Shown here piece by piece: positions 1 through 14,991 of a DNA stretch of 64,000 bases. Numbering within the stretch: the stretch's first letter is position 1; every line of letters begins with the position of its first letter. The position numbers and the translations under genes are program-made. Source of the DNA: the human T2T-CHM13v2.0 reference genome, Homo sapiens; NCBI RefSeq assembly GCF_009914755.1, contig NC_060928.1; one strand, given 5' to 3'. Below the pieces are notes generated by a model. The model ran no database searches, was not told where the DNA came from, and saw only the letters and a list, made by a program, of their open reading frames with translations.

Positions 1-40
1 AGTAGCTGGGATTACAGGTGCATGCCACTGTGCCTGGGCC
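1..40 (-). mobile_element. Alu fragment cut by window edge
   Basis: agtagctgggattacaggtgcatgccac. Confidence 0.8.
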
Positions 41-421
41 AAATTTTAACTACTCTAATGATAAAACAAACAAACAAACACCTCTCATTATACTTTTTTC
101 TACTTCGCGTGATTTTGCTCAAGTACTTTCAAACACACAACACATTTGTTCCATCCTGTATTGTTCATCTCAAGATAGTCTATGCTAACTGAGAGGTGAG
201 TTGGCTCTAGAAGAATATGACTAGCTTCATTCTGAGTCCAATTTCAAACATCCATTGGCAAAGATTCATTGATAACTTCTTCTTACCAAGCAAGATTCTG
301 TTCCTGGTCTAAAAAGCAATGATTTCCGCTAACTAGGGCAAAATTATTTCATCTTTATTTATAAATATAAATAATTGTAATTTAGGATTTCAAATTATTA
401 TTAAATGTACTAGTATTCTTT

Positions 422-615
422 TAAGTGCTTTACAAATGTTAACTCATTTTATCCACATAACAAACCCCTGAGAAGGTATTTCCTGCCCATTTTAAAGTGG
501 CAGTAATTAAGAATAGACCATTTAAGTGTCTTGCTCAAGGTTATACTGACATAGCTGTTCTGTGGCAGAGTTAGAGTCTGTTCGCAGGCAGTCTGGTTTT
601 AGATCCTGCACTTAA
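422..615 (-). mobile_element. MIR SINE
   Basis: aagtgctttaca...aactcatttt...cccatttta...cttgctcaaggt...aggcagtctgg, antisense MIR core. Confidence 0.7.
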
Positions 616-786
616 AGCATCTGGCACTTCACCGAGCCTATGACATCCCTGCTGTAGTAGGGCCTACATTGCAACAATTACATGTGGCAAGATCTGCACA
701 GACTTGCGTTCAAGACCAATGCAGAGCTATAGACTTCTTGAATAGCTGCAGGAAGCTAAAATACGTATTTTATTTTATTATGACTA

Positions 787-1075
<289 letters not shown>

Positions 1076-1887
1076 ATAAAATAACATAGTCTAAAAGATG
1101 AAATTCGAATCCAACTTTCTAGAAACCCTAGAACACTGCCTCAAAAATCTTGGGTTTTCAAGAGCCATCTGAGGTCCGGAGCTAAAGTGTTCACTCCACC
1201 AATCGCTTTATTTCCAGGACATGGTGGCTCAAACGCCTCAAGATGTTTGAATCCTGTTTTCTTGGTTGAAAGACTTTTAAATTTTTTCTTTCAGTAGGGG
1301 AATACTGATCTGTGGGCACGGATTGCCACACACCCCAGTTAAATCACCTTTCCCTGCTCAGGAAACCACTTCCAGCGTCAGGATGTCGCATCTGTTCTCC
1401 CACTACCCCTTGATGTTTTGTAGAAAGCCCCTTCATTGGGTTCATCTCTAGCAGTTGTTTGCTGTGCCATGGCAGCACTGGTGCAAAAAGTATGCTTAGG
1501 TACACAGCAGCCAGTCTGAAGTAGTGGGAAGCTTTTTAAATAAAAACACCAAGGACATATATGCAGTAACCTACTTCAGGTTCCCACTGTGTGAAAAAAT
1601 CAGAAGAATTAATGCAAAAGAGAAGACAAACATGAATGATACTATAACATATCTGTAGTGATAGATATGCACATATACATACATACATGACACACACATG
1701 CACGAGATAGCCTGGGATAGACGATTGTCACTGACATGATCATGAAGAAAAAAGCCCAGAAAGTAACCTCATTCCCTCCACAGATGCTTTATCTTAGAGC
1801 CACTTTCCTGTCCCTGTCTGGTACCTAGCACAATGCTTAAACGAATAAAAAGTGCTCAGCAAACATCAGTTAAATAAATTAATAATT

Positions 1888-2200
1888 GAAGAAAGAGAAG
1901 GAGGAAGTTGGGAAGGGAGGGAGGGAGAAATGGAAACGAAAGGAGAGGAGACGAGGAGGGGACAGGAGGGGATGGAAGGGGAGGGAAGGGGAGAAGAGGG
2001 CAGGGGAGGCTGAGGTGAGGCGATAGGAGGGGAGGGGAAGGCAGGGGAGGGGAGGGGAGAAGAGGGCAGGGGAGGGGAGGGCAGAAGAGGGCAGGGTAGG
2101 GGAGGGCAGAAGAGGGCAGGGGAGGGGAGGGGAGAAGAGGGCAGGGGAGGAGAGGGGAGAGGAGAGGAGAGGGAGAAGGAAGGGACAAAGGCAGGAAAGG
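1888..2200 (+). repeat. GA-rich polypurine low-complexity repeat (GGGGA / GGGCAGAAGA units)
   Basis: About 310 nt nearly all purine; source of the Pro/Leu/Ser ORFs on the minus strand. Confidence 0.95.
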
Positions 2201-3531
2201 GCTTAATCAATCAATTGAACACAGTCCGGTTTCCAAAGTCATCTGCTCCTTTACTCTTTCCCATATCTTCTGTGCCTTCCTGACTTTCCAGTTTTTTGCA
2301 AAGCAAATTCCCACCTTGGGTTATTTCTCAGTTAGTGGCTTACACAGAGTTTCCTGGGAAAATCATGGAAACCTCCCAACAAGGTCTAGAACATACCTAT
2401 TCTACTCCATCTCCCTAGATTTCTATTTAATCTTTTGTGCTCACCTACTTATAACACCCAATCAGCCTCTCCGGTCCTTGTTCACAGTTTTCAATTTCCC
2501 AAGTCACCAATTTCGTTCATGCCACCACACCCTGCCCAGCTTTCTGAAAAACTAGTTTTCTCCCAGTTTCCATTTTTCTGATAATCATATTGATTATCTC
2601 TTAGTCAACAAGGTTCAAACCTAAAAGTAATTTCTTACTCCTTCTCTTTGCCTCTCCTAAATCCTCCATGGTTTTTTGTTGTTGTTGTTGTTTGTGTGTT
2701 CTTGTGTTCGTTTTTTGTTTCTTAATGTAAGGTGAGGATCAGGGAAAGAAGGGGGACAGAGAAAATGGGACTCACTGTTTGACACTGGAAACTACTCCAA
2801 AAGGCTGAATTGCTAAAATGAGAAACTCAAGGCATTGATTTACTTTTGCTGTGACTGTGGTTTAAAATGACTGAGTGACATGCAAAAATAGGAAACTCCT
2901 GTATTTTTTTTCTTCAATATTACCAGAAGCAAATATTTGTAAGTTCACACTGTAGTGAAACTAATCCTGGGCTCCAGGAGCACAGCGTAACCTAAGATCT
3001 AATTAGAAGAAAGAGAATAAAGATAGTCTATTCCAGGCTATCTCGTGCTGTGTGTGTGTCGTGTATGTATGTGTATGTGTGTGTCTATCCCTACACATAC
3101 GTTATAGATCTTCAACATAACCTTGATCTAATTCCTATAACATGCCATTGGGATCTGCAACAGGGACAGGTATGGGAGGGCCTTTAAACAAGATAGAAAG
3201 GTGGCAGGGCTTAGGTAAATTCTTCAACTTTTCACTTTTTGTAATGATAAATAGCCATATAAATTTATTCATTTTAAACTACTGGAAAAAAAGCAAAGAC
3301 TCTATGTGAACACATAAAATAAAGCTCAGCTTAACACACTGCTTGGGTAGCCTACAAACATTGTTCCTATGGTTATTTATCATCTTTTCTGTATAATTGT
3401 AATAAATCAATACTAATCCCTTGTTATAATACAGCTGATAATTTTCAAAAAGTATTAGAACTAAAATTATTCATATAAACCATCTTATCAAATTTTCTTC
3501 CAGTTTATGTGTTTTATTTATTTTATTCTAG

Positions 3532-3611
3532 ATTTCCTGCTCTTCTAAGACACAGTGATTTAGAATTTCTGTTCAAGCAAGAGAACTAAAGACTTCTTTA
3601 AAGAAGAGAAG
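3532..3611 (+). other. TENM3: Non-coding (5' UTR) exon, probably of teneurin-3
   Basis: T-rich tract plus AG at 3530-3531, purine-rich ESE-like end (GAAGAGAAG), perfect donor AAG|GTAAGT at 3612-3617, no ATG inside. Sequence recalled as the TENM3 mRNA leader (memory, not a database search). Confidence 0.72.
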
Positions 3612-4740
3612 GTAAGTCCCAGGAACCAAAATGTCTCCAGTCTTAGAGGCTTCTTCAAATATGCAGCTGGTTGGTCTTGACAAAATAAGTTACTTTCACG
3701 AAGCTACAGTTCACTTTGCAGTCCATTACTTATGCTATTACCCTTCATGAATTAGCTGTAGGTAAATGATTCCAAAAAGTATAATTAATTTGGTTCTCAT
3801 ACTATTTCTACAGGCTTTTCTTTTTCTGGAAAATCAGATGAATGAGGACATTCGAAAGTAAAGAATCTCTGCATTTTGACTAGAGAGAATTTTCTACCAG
3901 GATAGGATAGAATGATCACAATGGATTATAGAGTGTGTATGGTGTGGTGTGGTATGTGTGTGTGAGTGCACACACACGTGCTTTCCCCAGTTTGGAAGTG
4001 ATTTGTTGGGGAGTTCTCTTGTTCTCAGGAAGTCTTAATCCTTTCTGATCAGCACTTACATGTCAACCTTAGAGAATTAAACTTGTACCTGGTTACTTTT
4101 TTCTCTCTCCTTGATATAGCTCAATGCGTTTTCTCAAATGGTAACCATGGTCTAGCAATTTAAAGCCTTTGAACCTTGTGAACAGATTCATTTAAAACCA
4201 TATTCTGAGGGCTTTCCATAAAATGGAAAGTGTCTTCTACCAGGAAGCTACAAAAGAATTTACAAGAGAAAATCTGCTAAGTGTCCCGCTCAGGATGAGT
4301 GTACAGTAACATGTCCAGAAGATCCAGTGTCCTAGAGGAAGTCATTCACAAAGGTCCTGACTCTTTGGGCTTAATGGGTTGAACTCTGAATTTCTTTGCT
4401 TTCTCCTAGTCGATGCTGTGTTTCTTATTTTAATACAAAATTTAGCAAAAAGTTTTCATGAAGTAAAGGACTTTCTAAATAAATTACAAAATAATTATAA
4501 AATACGAATATGTAGGAATGTCGACATTTTTACATCAGAGAAATTGAGTTATATGAGCATATTTCTTTTTGATGCTATTCATTCAAAGACAATATATTAA
4601 GTTTTTAAAATGATGTCAGAAGTTTAGAGGGCACGCATACATCTTAACAGTCTATGACAACAAGTGTGGTTTTGTCACTGGTACTATTTTGTGTTCAGGT
4701 TACTGTATCTGAATTAATTTTCGATCCAAAACAAGTTATC

Positions 4741-4741
4741 G

Positions 4742-4772
<31 letters not shown>
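4741..4772. repeat. (TG)n microsatellite
   Basis: Direct reading. Confidence 0.95.
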
Positions 4773-7631
4773 ATGAAGCTGACACTAATTCAGTATTGCA
4801 AAAAGAGTTTTTTGCTATTCCATTTAAGAAGAGAGAAGATAAGATAGAAGGTCGTCTTTTTTTTTTTAAGAATAAAATTGTGGTGTAATTTTGCGTAAAA
4901 TAGCAGCAACTACTATTGTTTTATTTTAATATCCATCTCAAGCTCTGCGTTTTTACATTTCCCCTAAGGGCATCTCAGAGAAAGGGGATAAGAGAGAACT
5001 TTAATAAGCATTCCTGCGTGCACACATACACATTCTTACATGCCCAGTGAGTAATTAATCAAAATGAAAATAAAACTCTGGAATGAATAGCTAGCTATGT
5101 TACGTGCCATCTTCGGTATACAAGGTATCTGTCTTCCGTTGATCTCAATTTAGGTAAAGGTGAGACTTTCACGTTAAGCTAAAACAGTTAATGCAAAGCA
5201 GATTTTAATAATTTACCATTGTGTATTTCTTCAGTTATTGTTCTTTTAAGATCCTCTGTAAGAATTTTTGCACTATATTTTGTACAACTGCCTGTAGAAA
5301 CCAAGACCCTAGAAATGTGCATGCAATATACATGTAACCTAGATAAGTGATGATTTGTCTAAGTTGCTCTGCTGATATTTTCCTCAAATCCTCCTCCTGA
5401 CTTCTCTTTTCATTCAAATGTGAATCATTACACAAGCATACACTGTGAAAAACCTATCTCTCTGTCTAGTTTTATAATAGACTTCAAATAAATTAAATTT
5501 TTAGGATAAATTATTATTGAAGTATCCGGGGAATTGGGTGCACAGTTCTTATTACTAATGGGAGCCACGCACCTAATTTCAGGCACTCTGAGCTGAAATG
5601 TAATCAACTGTGTGTTTTCTGCTATAAAAATATAACTCAATATTCAGTGCAAAAGCAATCCTTGGCTCTCCGAAGCCCATTGGCGATGAGATTCCTTCAG
5701 GTCTTAGGCATTTCGCCTTAGAAAAAGCGCTCCCTACGAAAGCCACTATAATAAAAACACGCCATCCTCCCCTTGTCTTGTAAGTTCTCTCTCTTCAAAT
5801 CCTTCTCTTGCCAGTTCGTGAATTCCACTCTTCCCACACTGGAAGCTTCTCTAGGACAAGCAGTTCGTCTTTAGTAGCTAATATAGAAACTTGAATGTTA
5901 TAGTGTTCCTCTGAGATACATATTGAAGGATAAATTTTCCTATGTGATGGTTGCAGCTATGGAGGTAGGCTACTACCTTTAAAATACACATATAAGGATA
6001 TATCTTGATGAGGAAACAAAAGTTACCATCCACATACCACCAAGCTCTTCCAAAAGCAAGGAGAAGAACGACATGCTTTCTAACCTTGGAAAAGCACAAA
6101 AAAAGAAAAGAAAAAAACACACACCAACAAAAAGAAAGGAAAGAACTTCAAAAGAGTTTCTTCAAACTATATGATTTAGGAAGATGTCTTGAGTGTGCCT
6201 GTCCTGATTTACAGCAGATCTAGTGGGTATGCTCTTACTGCATACGTTTTAACTAATGCTTTCCAGTGTGATTATGAATACACTTTATATGTCCTAAGGT
6301 CACGCAGATATTTTAACTAAGCCTAACAAATACTCAGAAACATGTCTTAAATTAAAATATGACAAAATAATGTTTTCCAAAAAGGGCACTGAGAAGAAAA
6401 GATCACACAATTTCCATGGCACAGAATCCTGCTCGTTTACGAGAGGTGGTGAAGAGGATAGAAAACATGTAAAATGTTATGTGGTCTGTTTTCAAAATGG
6501 AGAAAAGGAATATCATAAATAATTGAAATCCCCAGATTAGCCAAGGCTATCATTTTTTTGTCAGTAAGCTCCACCCTTTCCCGGGCCTTTATAGAATGGA
6601 ACTCAAGATTGCAAAGCCTTTGGCTTGAATAAAAATTCTTCTTTCTTTTTCCTGCCGTATTGACCAAAAGGGAAGGGGAAAGGGAAATCAGAGGGCCCAC
6701 ATGATACTCAAGACGGATAGTCCCTCCCTGCCTCAACAGGGATTGGAAGCTGATATATCACTATCTAGCGCATAAGCAAAGAAGTGGACGAGATGAAAGA
6801 AACAGCATAAATTAACAATGTCAAAAAACATCATAAGCCTCTCTGATGATTACAAGTATCTCTATGTTTGTTGTCTTGTAGAACAAAAATCAGAATGGCT
6901 GACTGCAGATTTGACTTTTCATCTGGATGTTTCGGTGTTTTGCAAACAGCGTTTGGTGCAAGGGAAAAGTTAGAGTTTTAAATCTGTGGGACACGGTGAT
7001 AATTTTTCACTCTACTTCTTAGTCCTGTCCTTCTGAATGAGCAGGGCCATCTCTGAGCCTGGGTGTGAGGAGTGTGGTTCAATGCCTCCAGACTGTAACT
7101 TTCTGAAGTTTTCAGTCTGATTTCAGAGAATCCTGAGGAGGGTCTGTACCCAAGGAAGCGTTCAGGCTGATTGAATGCTTTGATTGTGAATGTTTGGATC
7201 TGACTTAGTAGAAGCGAATTTCTAAGTACGATGTCCATGTCTGTATCCTAGCCTCAATTAAAAAAAAAAAAAAAAAGATTAAGAGGCTAAATAGATTTTC
7301 TTCTTGCTGAAGTACATAACCTACAAAAGAACAGGAACAGAAGACCGAAGTTTAGAAAAAATTCTCCTTTGTTAGGTCATTGCGTTTTTTTAAGGGTGAA
7401 TTGAAGTTGAATCGCGATTTACTCTACATTGGGAGGTTATAGAGTGAGCAAAATGGACTTGTTGGGGCTGTCCCAAGGATAGTGAAAAAATGGCAGAAAT
7501 AACTATTTAAGGCAGAGAGGTTGTTGGCAAAGTCACTTTGAAACATGATAAAAAGCACTACTCTGAAGTTTATTATTTCAATTTAGTCTGTGATCAGATA
7601 CAAAGCATTAACCTCACAGACTTAAAACCTA

Positions 7632-7864
7632 GGCCGGGCACAGTGGCTCATGCCTGTGGTCCCAGCACTTTGGGAAGCATAGGTGAGACAATCGCTGGAG
7701 CCCAGGAGTTTGAGACCATCCGGGTTATAGAGTGAAACCTCATTTCTACAAAAAAATTTAGAAGTAACCAGATATATTGGCATGTGCCTGTAGTCCCAGC
7801 TGCTTGGGAGGCCAGGATGGGAGGATCACTTGAGCCCAGGAGGTCGAGGTCACAGTGAACCATC
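7632..7864 (+). mobile_element. AluJ, 3' truncated
   Basis: ggccgggcacagtggctca...ggaggatcacttgagcccagg; ends at cagtgaaccat with no tail. Confidence 0.9.
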
Positions 7865-8074
7865 AACAGAAAACAGTCAGGAGAGGAGCAAAGCAAGATG
7901 ACCAGAGGCAAGGGGACAAAAGCTTCTGTTTATTAACTCAGGAATCAGAGAAAGTATTTCCTAGGGTATTATACAGTTTTTTAAAATATGTGGTACCTTT
8001 TTGCTTTCAGTTTTCTAATCAGTAAAAATAAATAGATAAAATGCTACATGAAGTGCCATTTTAAATCATGAAGA

Positions 8075-8280
8075 TAGCATGGGCCTTGGAACTAACTGAA
8101 TGAGATTCAGATTCTTATTCTGTCACTTTCTAATTCTTACAAATTGGAAATATTATCTTTTTATATCTCAGTTTCTTAATCTGTACAGTAGAAATAATAT
8201 ACCTCCCTACTATTGATTTATGAAGACAAAATTTGATCAATCTACTAAGGTATCTGTAAACTAATGCTCAACAAATTGTG
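8075..8280 (+). mobile_element. MIR SINE
   Basis: ctcagtttcttaatctgtacagtagaaataata core. Confidence 0.65.
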
Positions 8281-8299
8281 CACTGTAAAAGCACCTTTA

Positions 8300-8414
8300 G
8301 GCCAAGCATGGTAATCCCAGCACTTTGGGAGGCTGAGGTGGGAGGATCACTTGAGGTCAGGAGTCTGAGACCAGCCTGGGCAATATAGCAAGACCCCAGC
8401 TGTACAAAAAACTA

Positions 8415-8452
<38 letters not shown>

Positions 8453-8612
8453 CCAGGTGTGGGGGCATGCTGCTATAGCCCTAGATACTCGAGAGGCTGA
8501 GGCAGGAGGATTGCTTGAGTCCTGGAGGTCAAGGCTGCAGTGAGCCATGATCCTGCCACTGTACTCTAGCCCAGGTGATAAAATGAGGCCCCATGTCTAT
8601 AAATAAATAAAT
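8300..8612 (+). mobile_element. AluJ with (TAA)n in the central linker
   Basis: Both arms present; (TAA)n at about 8417-8449. Confidence 0.92.
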
Positions 8613-9149
8613 GAAGATACCTTTGTATATAACACAATAATTTCTGCCTATTACTATTATTTCAGATAATTATTTCAGAAGAGCACCATGTCCTATAGCA
8701 GGTTTCTATTTTGAACTTTCAATCCCAAGACTTTTTAGGTAGCGTGCAGATATCGTCAATGTTCTTATAGGCAATGCCAAGAATTTTTCTTTTTTAATGC
8801 AGCAGCCACAATTCAAGCATAGCAGATCCTACCTCTCTGATCACACTGCAATAAGATTTAGGGAGGTGCAATGAATGTTGAAAGCTTTACCTCTAGGAAA
8901 TGTAGCCAATTGCCAGTTTTCTGTTGAAGTCATCTTTCTTGTTAGCTTCTGACTAGAAAGTTCTGCTTTAGGAAAGATTACCAGAGGTAAATATGCCTGA
9001 TAAATAGGAGGGTTAGAAGGGATGGTCATGTCTAGTTTCAGAGAACTCCACTACTAAAAGGACTGTCATAATTCCACTTGCTGACACTGGCAGGAAACAT
9101 GGCAAGTATATAGAAAAATCTCCATAAGTATGTGTTAAATGCATGAATA

Positions 9150-9503
<354 letters not shown>

Positions 9504-11818
9504 CTATTCTAGGAGCACAGAGATGGCTTTGAATAACCAACACTGATATTCTTAACGTTGTGTAGAGGCAGCAACTCAGAATTCTCTGACCTTGGCTCTT
9601 GGGTTTCAGCATCGTATAAGTGCATCGTACCCCATTCATCTGCTATGTATATGTCTAAACTGAGCCTCATCAGACTATAGGTGCTTTCAGATCTTTTGAC
9701 TGAAATCCTTTCCAATTATGACGTTATTTATGAGATACAGTTATCCACAGCTGATTTATCTCTTGCTTTGTGAACCTGACTATATAAGAAATGTCATACC
9801 AAATGAGCTCAGTGATCCATGCAGCCCAGTCGATTCCCCGCAGTGGCCCCGAGGAATATTCTACAGGAGTTTGTGGTTGCCATGCAGATATTACCTAAAT
9901 AAACCTCTTTAATGTGCCCTGATAATTCACCAATAATCTTTTATAATAATTCTCATATAAGAACTCATTTAATCAATGTGAAATAAGCTAAAAGTAAATT
10001 TTCATCAGTTCCCCCCACAATTTTAGCAAAGTTCCTTATTGTACAAATTTAGATATTCCAGAGTTCACATGATGATGGATACTAAACTATGATAAAATAT
10101 GATTAGCCAGAAAATAATTGTTATCTACTAACAAGAGTATATTTTATTTAGTAAGCATTACAAGTATAGGTGTGTATCAAAGTAAAATATGGATTTCATA
10201 GATTACTATCTACTTCCATTTTTTTCTTTTCTCGTTTTCCTAAGAATAACACCTCCTTAGTTCACCGATTTTATGTTTACTTAATCCAAACACATAGATA
10301 TTACCAGATAATCATGCTCTTTGTTGATTTATAACATCTGAACAAGACTAATAGTGATAAATTGTTCAACTACAGCAAATTTTTAGAAGAGTCAGATGTA
10401 AAAAAATATTCAATTTGTAAACACAACAAAACTCAGTTGAATTCACAAAGGTGACTTCAATCGAATAGCATGTTCAGGGTAAAGGATATGTTTTTGTACC
10501 TCTATAAAGGAAACTTTTTTCTTTTTACATATGTACCATTCAAGTGCCAAAAAAGAAAAATCCCTCTCAGACACTGTTTATTGAAAGAAATTTCATGAGA
10601 GCCAATCTCACTTTTCCAGCAGAGCAGCAGCAACCTACCTTTCTAAAAGGAGAGCAGATGATGCTTTTGAAAACACTGCCTGCCTGTTGCAACACACTTA
10701 TTTAAAAATACTGTGTCTATTATTCCCGAACACTTAAGAGTAAAACCTCATTGTAAATGGTGTTATCACCAGGAATGGTAAGTTGTTTTCATGCAAGAAG
10801 TTCAAAATCTGCTCTGATGTGGCCAATTAGAGGAGCTTTCTATAACTCCTTAGGACCAACTAAGGGTACATTTTGTTGTGATGTTTTTAATAGTTGGGTC
10901 CTCATATCCTTCTGACCCACATAGCATGGGGGAGTCAGGCAGCAGCTGGTACTTCTCAGAGTCACTCAAGGAGAAACTGGCAATTTGTGTGCTGGCTTCT
11001 GTGTGTGTCTCTTTCTATGTCCAGCTATAGATCTACCTATCACCCTTTTTCTCTGTTCAATTACTTACCATTGACACACTTCGTGAACAAAAGTTCTTTG
11101 GTTCAAGCATGATCTTAGGGTAGATTTATATAAAGTGCAATAGGCCTTTATCCAAAGAATGAGGTGTGCAAAGAAAACCCTGAATCAGTACTCCCTCTTC
11201 TGTATCAGATTTTGACCTTAAGACCTACCTTAGTGTAGCTTGTAGCCAGTTAGAAGACTTGCTTTCCTCTACCCTGGAAAGGGACAGTGAGAGGTGGGCG
11301 GAGAAAGCACTTCAGCTATTCTGCTCTTCAGAGTGGTCAGCAACCTAGTGTCACCTGGAATTGCCTCCTGGGTCCTCTACCCCCATTCAAACGTCACCCA
11401 TTAGCTTCAGCGGGGAAGTTCAGCGTGCAAAGCACTGACGCATAACGTCTCTCACTGACATGAGCCGTATCCCTGCTCTTGATGGATTTTTAAAATCACA
11501 ATTACATTAAATGCCAAATTTCAAAATCAAGGGAAAGTGGCACTCAAGGAGAGATCTGATTACCGTTTAAGAGGAAAAGGAAAAGTCTAAGAAGGATTTG
11601 AGTGCCAGTCACAGATCTCGGCATCGGCGACAGCTTAAATGGCGTTTATTTATCTTTACCATGGGTGAGATCTGTGGCTATACACAAATATCTCTTGGGG
11701 AGTATCACGTATAAATCAGGGAACAATTAAGAACTTGGTGCTGATCCTTTCAGACTGAAAACATTAAAACCCAGGCATTGGCCTGTAGTTGAGAAAATTG
11801 ACTTAGAAGAGAAATTGA

Positions 11819-12236
<418 letters not shown>

Positions 12237-12395
12237 TGACCTACAAACAGTTCTCAGATTGTTAAGGGAAATAAGTCATAAACAAAACACATCAAATACA
12301 GTGATTCATGATACAGCAAAGGCCCAGTGACATGCTGTGAAAATTAAGAGGAGGAAAGAGACTAGTGCAGAATTTCTGAAAGAAAATTCTATTGT

Positions 12396-12719
<324 letters not shown>

Positions 12720-12851
12720 TTAAAAACATTATATTGTTTAAACTAGATGGCACAGGAATATTCAAATGGCCTCCAGAGATCATCTTCAGCCACTGGCGAT
12801 TACAGTGGCTGGCATAGGAATGCAAAGCGCCCACATTCTGTTGAGTCCTCA

Positions 12852-13669
<818 letters not shown>

Positions 13670-13808
13670 TAGTTGAAGATTTCAGAAGTTTTAATACTTT
13701 GAGTACTTAAGATCATTGCAATAATTGAATTACCTTCTCAGAAAGTCATGTTGGAGACAAAGCACTAAAGATTACCCTAAAATGTTGTTCTAGTTTATCT
13801 GTATAGCT

Positions 13809-14019
13809 CGGTGTTTTCAAATGAGGACAGGTTTGCCTCTCAGGGGTCATTTGGCAATATCAAGAGCCATTTTCCCTTGTCACCGCCTGGGGAGGGGGTA
13901 TTACTGGCCTCCAGCAGGTAGGGGATGCTATTAAACATCCTACAGTGCATAGAGAAGCCCCCACAGCAAAGGATTATCTAACCCCAAATGTCAGTGGTGC
14001 CAAAGCTGAAAAATGCTGG
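13809..14019 (+). mobile_element. MER20 (hAT-Charlie)
   Basis: catttggcaat...ggatgctattaaacatcctacagtgca...ccccaaatgtcagtggtgcc. Confidence 0.85.
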
Positions 14020-14841
14020 TCTAGGTTATATTAATATTTCTACTTAAGTCGCCTCTTACAAGCCCCAGAAATCATGAAGATCCTGCATAGAGAGGCCTTT
14101 TATCCATAGACCTCTTATGAAGGAACAGGCACCTGAGTTACACAATCAAAGAGCCCAGCTAGATTTGGGTCATGTCATCAGAAGCAAGAGCATAGTGTCA
14201 ATGAGATGGGGGAGAGAAGGAAACGGTAAACATGGAACTCAGGCTACAGAAGTGTGCAAGCTGACGTTCCCACCAACAGGTGGGAAATGGGCTTCGGGAC
14301 CACAGAGGCCAGCAGTGAAGCTAAATTCAGAGGCATTGTTTCTCAAGGGCCAGCTGGGCTGTTGAAGCCTCGCCACCAATAGCTGCCTGCTTAATGGCAG
14401 CAAGGTTGTACCTTTTCCCTCGTTTTCATAGCCACAAACCTCACTTCTTCACCCTTCAGTGCTTTCACTCAGCTCTTCACCTCGGAGCTCTGCATTTGCC
14501 TAACATTCACCTAACATTCCTCCCCACCCTGTTCAGACTTCCCCACAACTGAGTTCTCTACTCTGGGCGAGTCAGTCATCACAGGATCACAGCAGATGGG
14601 AAATGGGGGCCAATGGACCTGCTCTTATTGCCAGGAGTGCATTGGGAGTAAAGTGTTTCTGTAAGTCAAGGATGAGAATATAAACTCATTTCTCCACATA
14701 AATATTTTTATACGTGGGGATCAAACTCTGAGGTTCCAGCTTTAAAAGGTGTCCTAAAAATCTGATGAACTTTTGTGTTTGTATATTTCATTGCGTTTTA
14801 GGCCTTAAAGTCCTGATTCAAATATAGCATTTTAGCAGTAT

Positions 14842-14991
14842 ATATACATATACATTATATATAATACAAATGGGATCTAATGGGATCTCACTATGTTCCC
14901 CAGGCTGGACCGAAACTTCTGGTTTCAAATTGTTCTCCCACTTCAGCCTCCTGACTAGCTGGGACTACAAGTGAGTGCCACCTCTCCTGGC
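14842..14991 (-). mobile_element. Alu monomer (FLAM/FAM-like) with TA-rich tail
   Basis: TSD ttttagcagtat at 14830-14841 and 14993-15004; 10-bp tandem aatgggatct x2. Confidence 0.85.

Noticed and set aside
1856-2210. Pro/Leu/Ser-rich ORFs
   Set aside because: Translation of the polypurine repeat
4823-4842. Resemblance to the end of the UTR exon (tttaagaagagagaagataag; also near 20461)
   Set aside because: Short purine-rich match with no GT donor; likely chance
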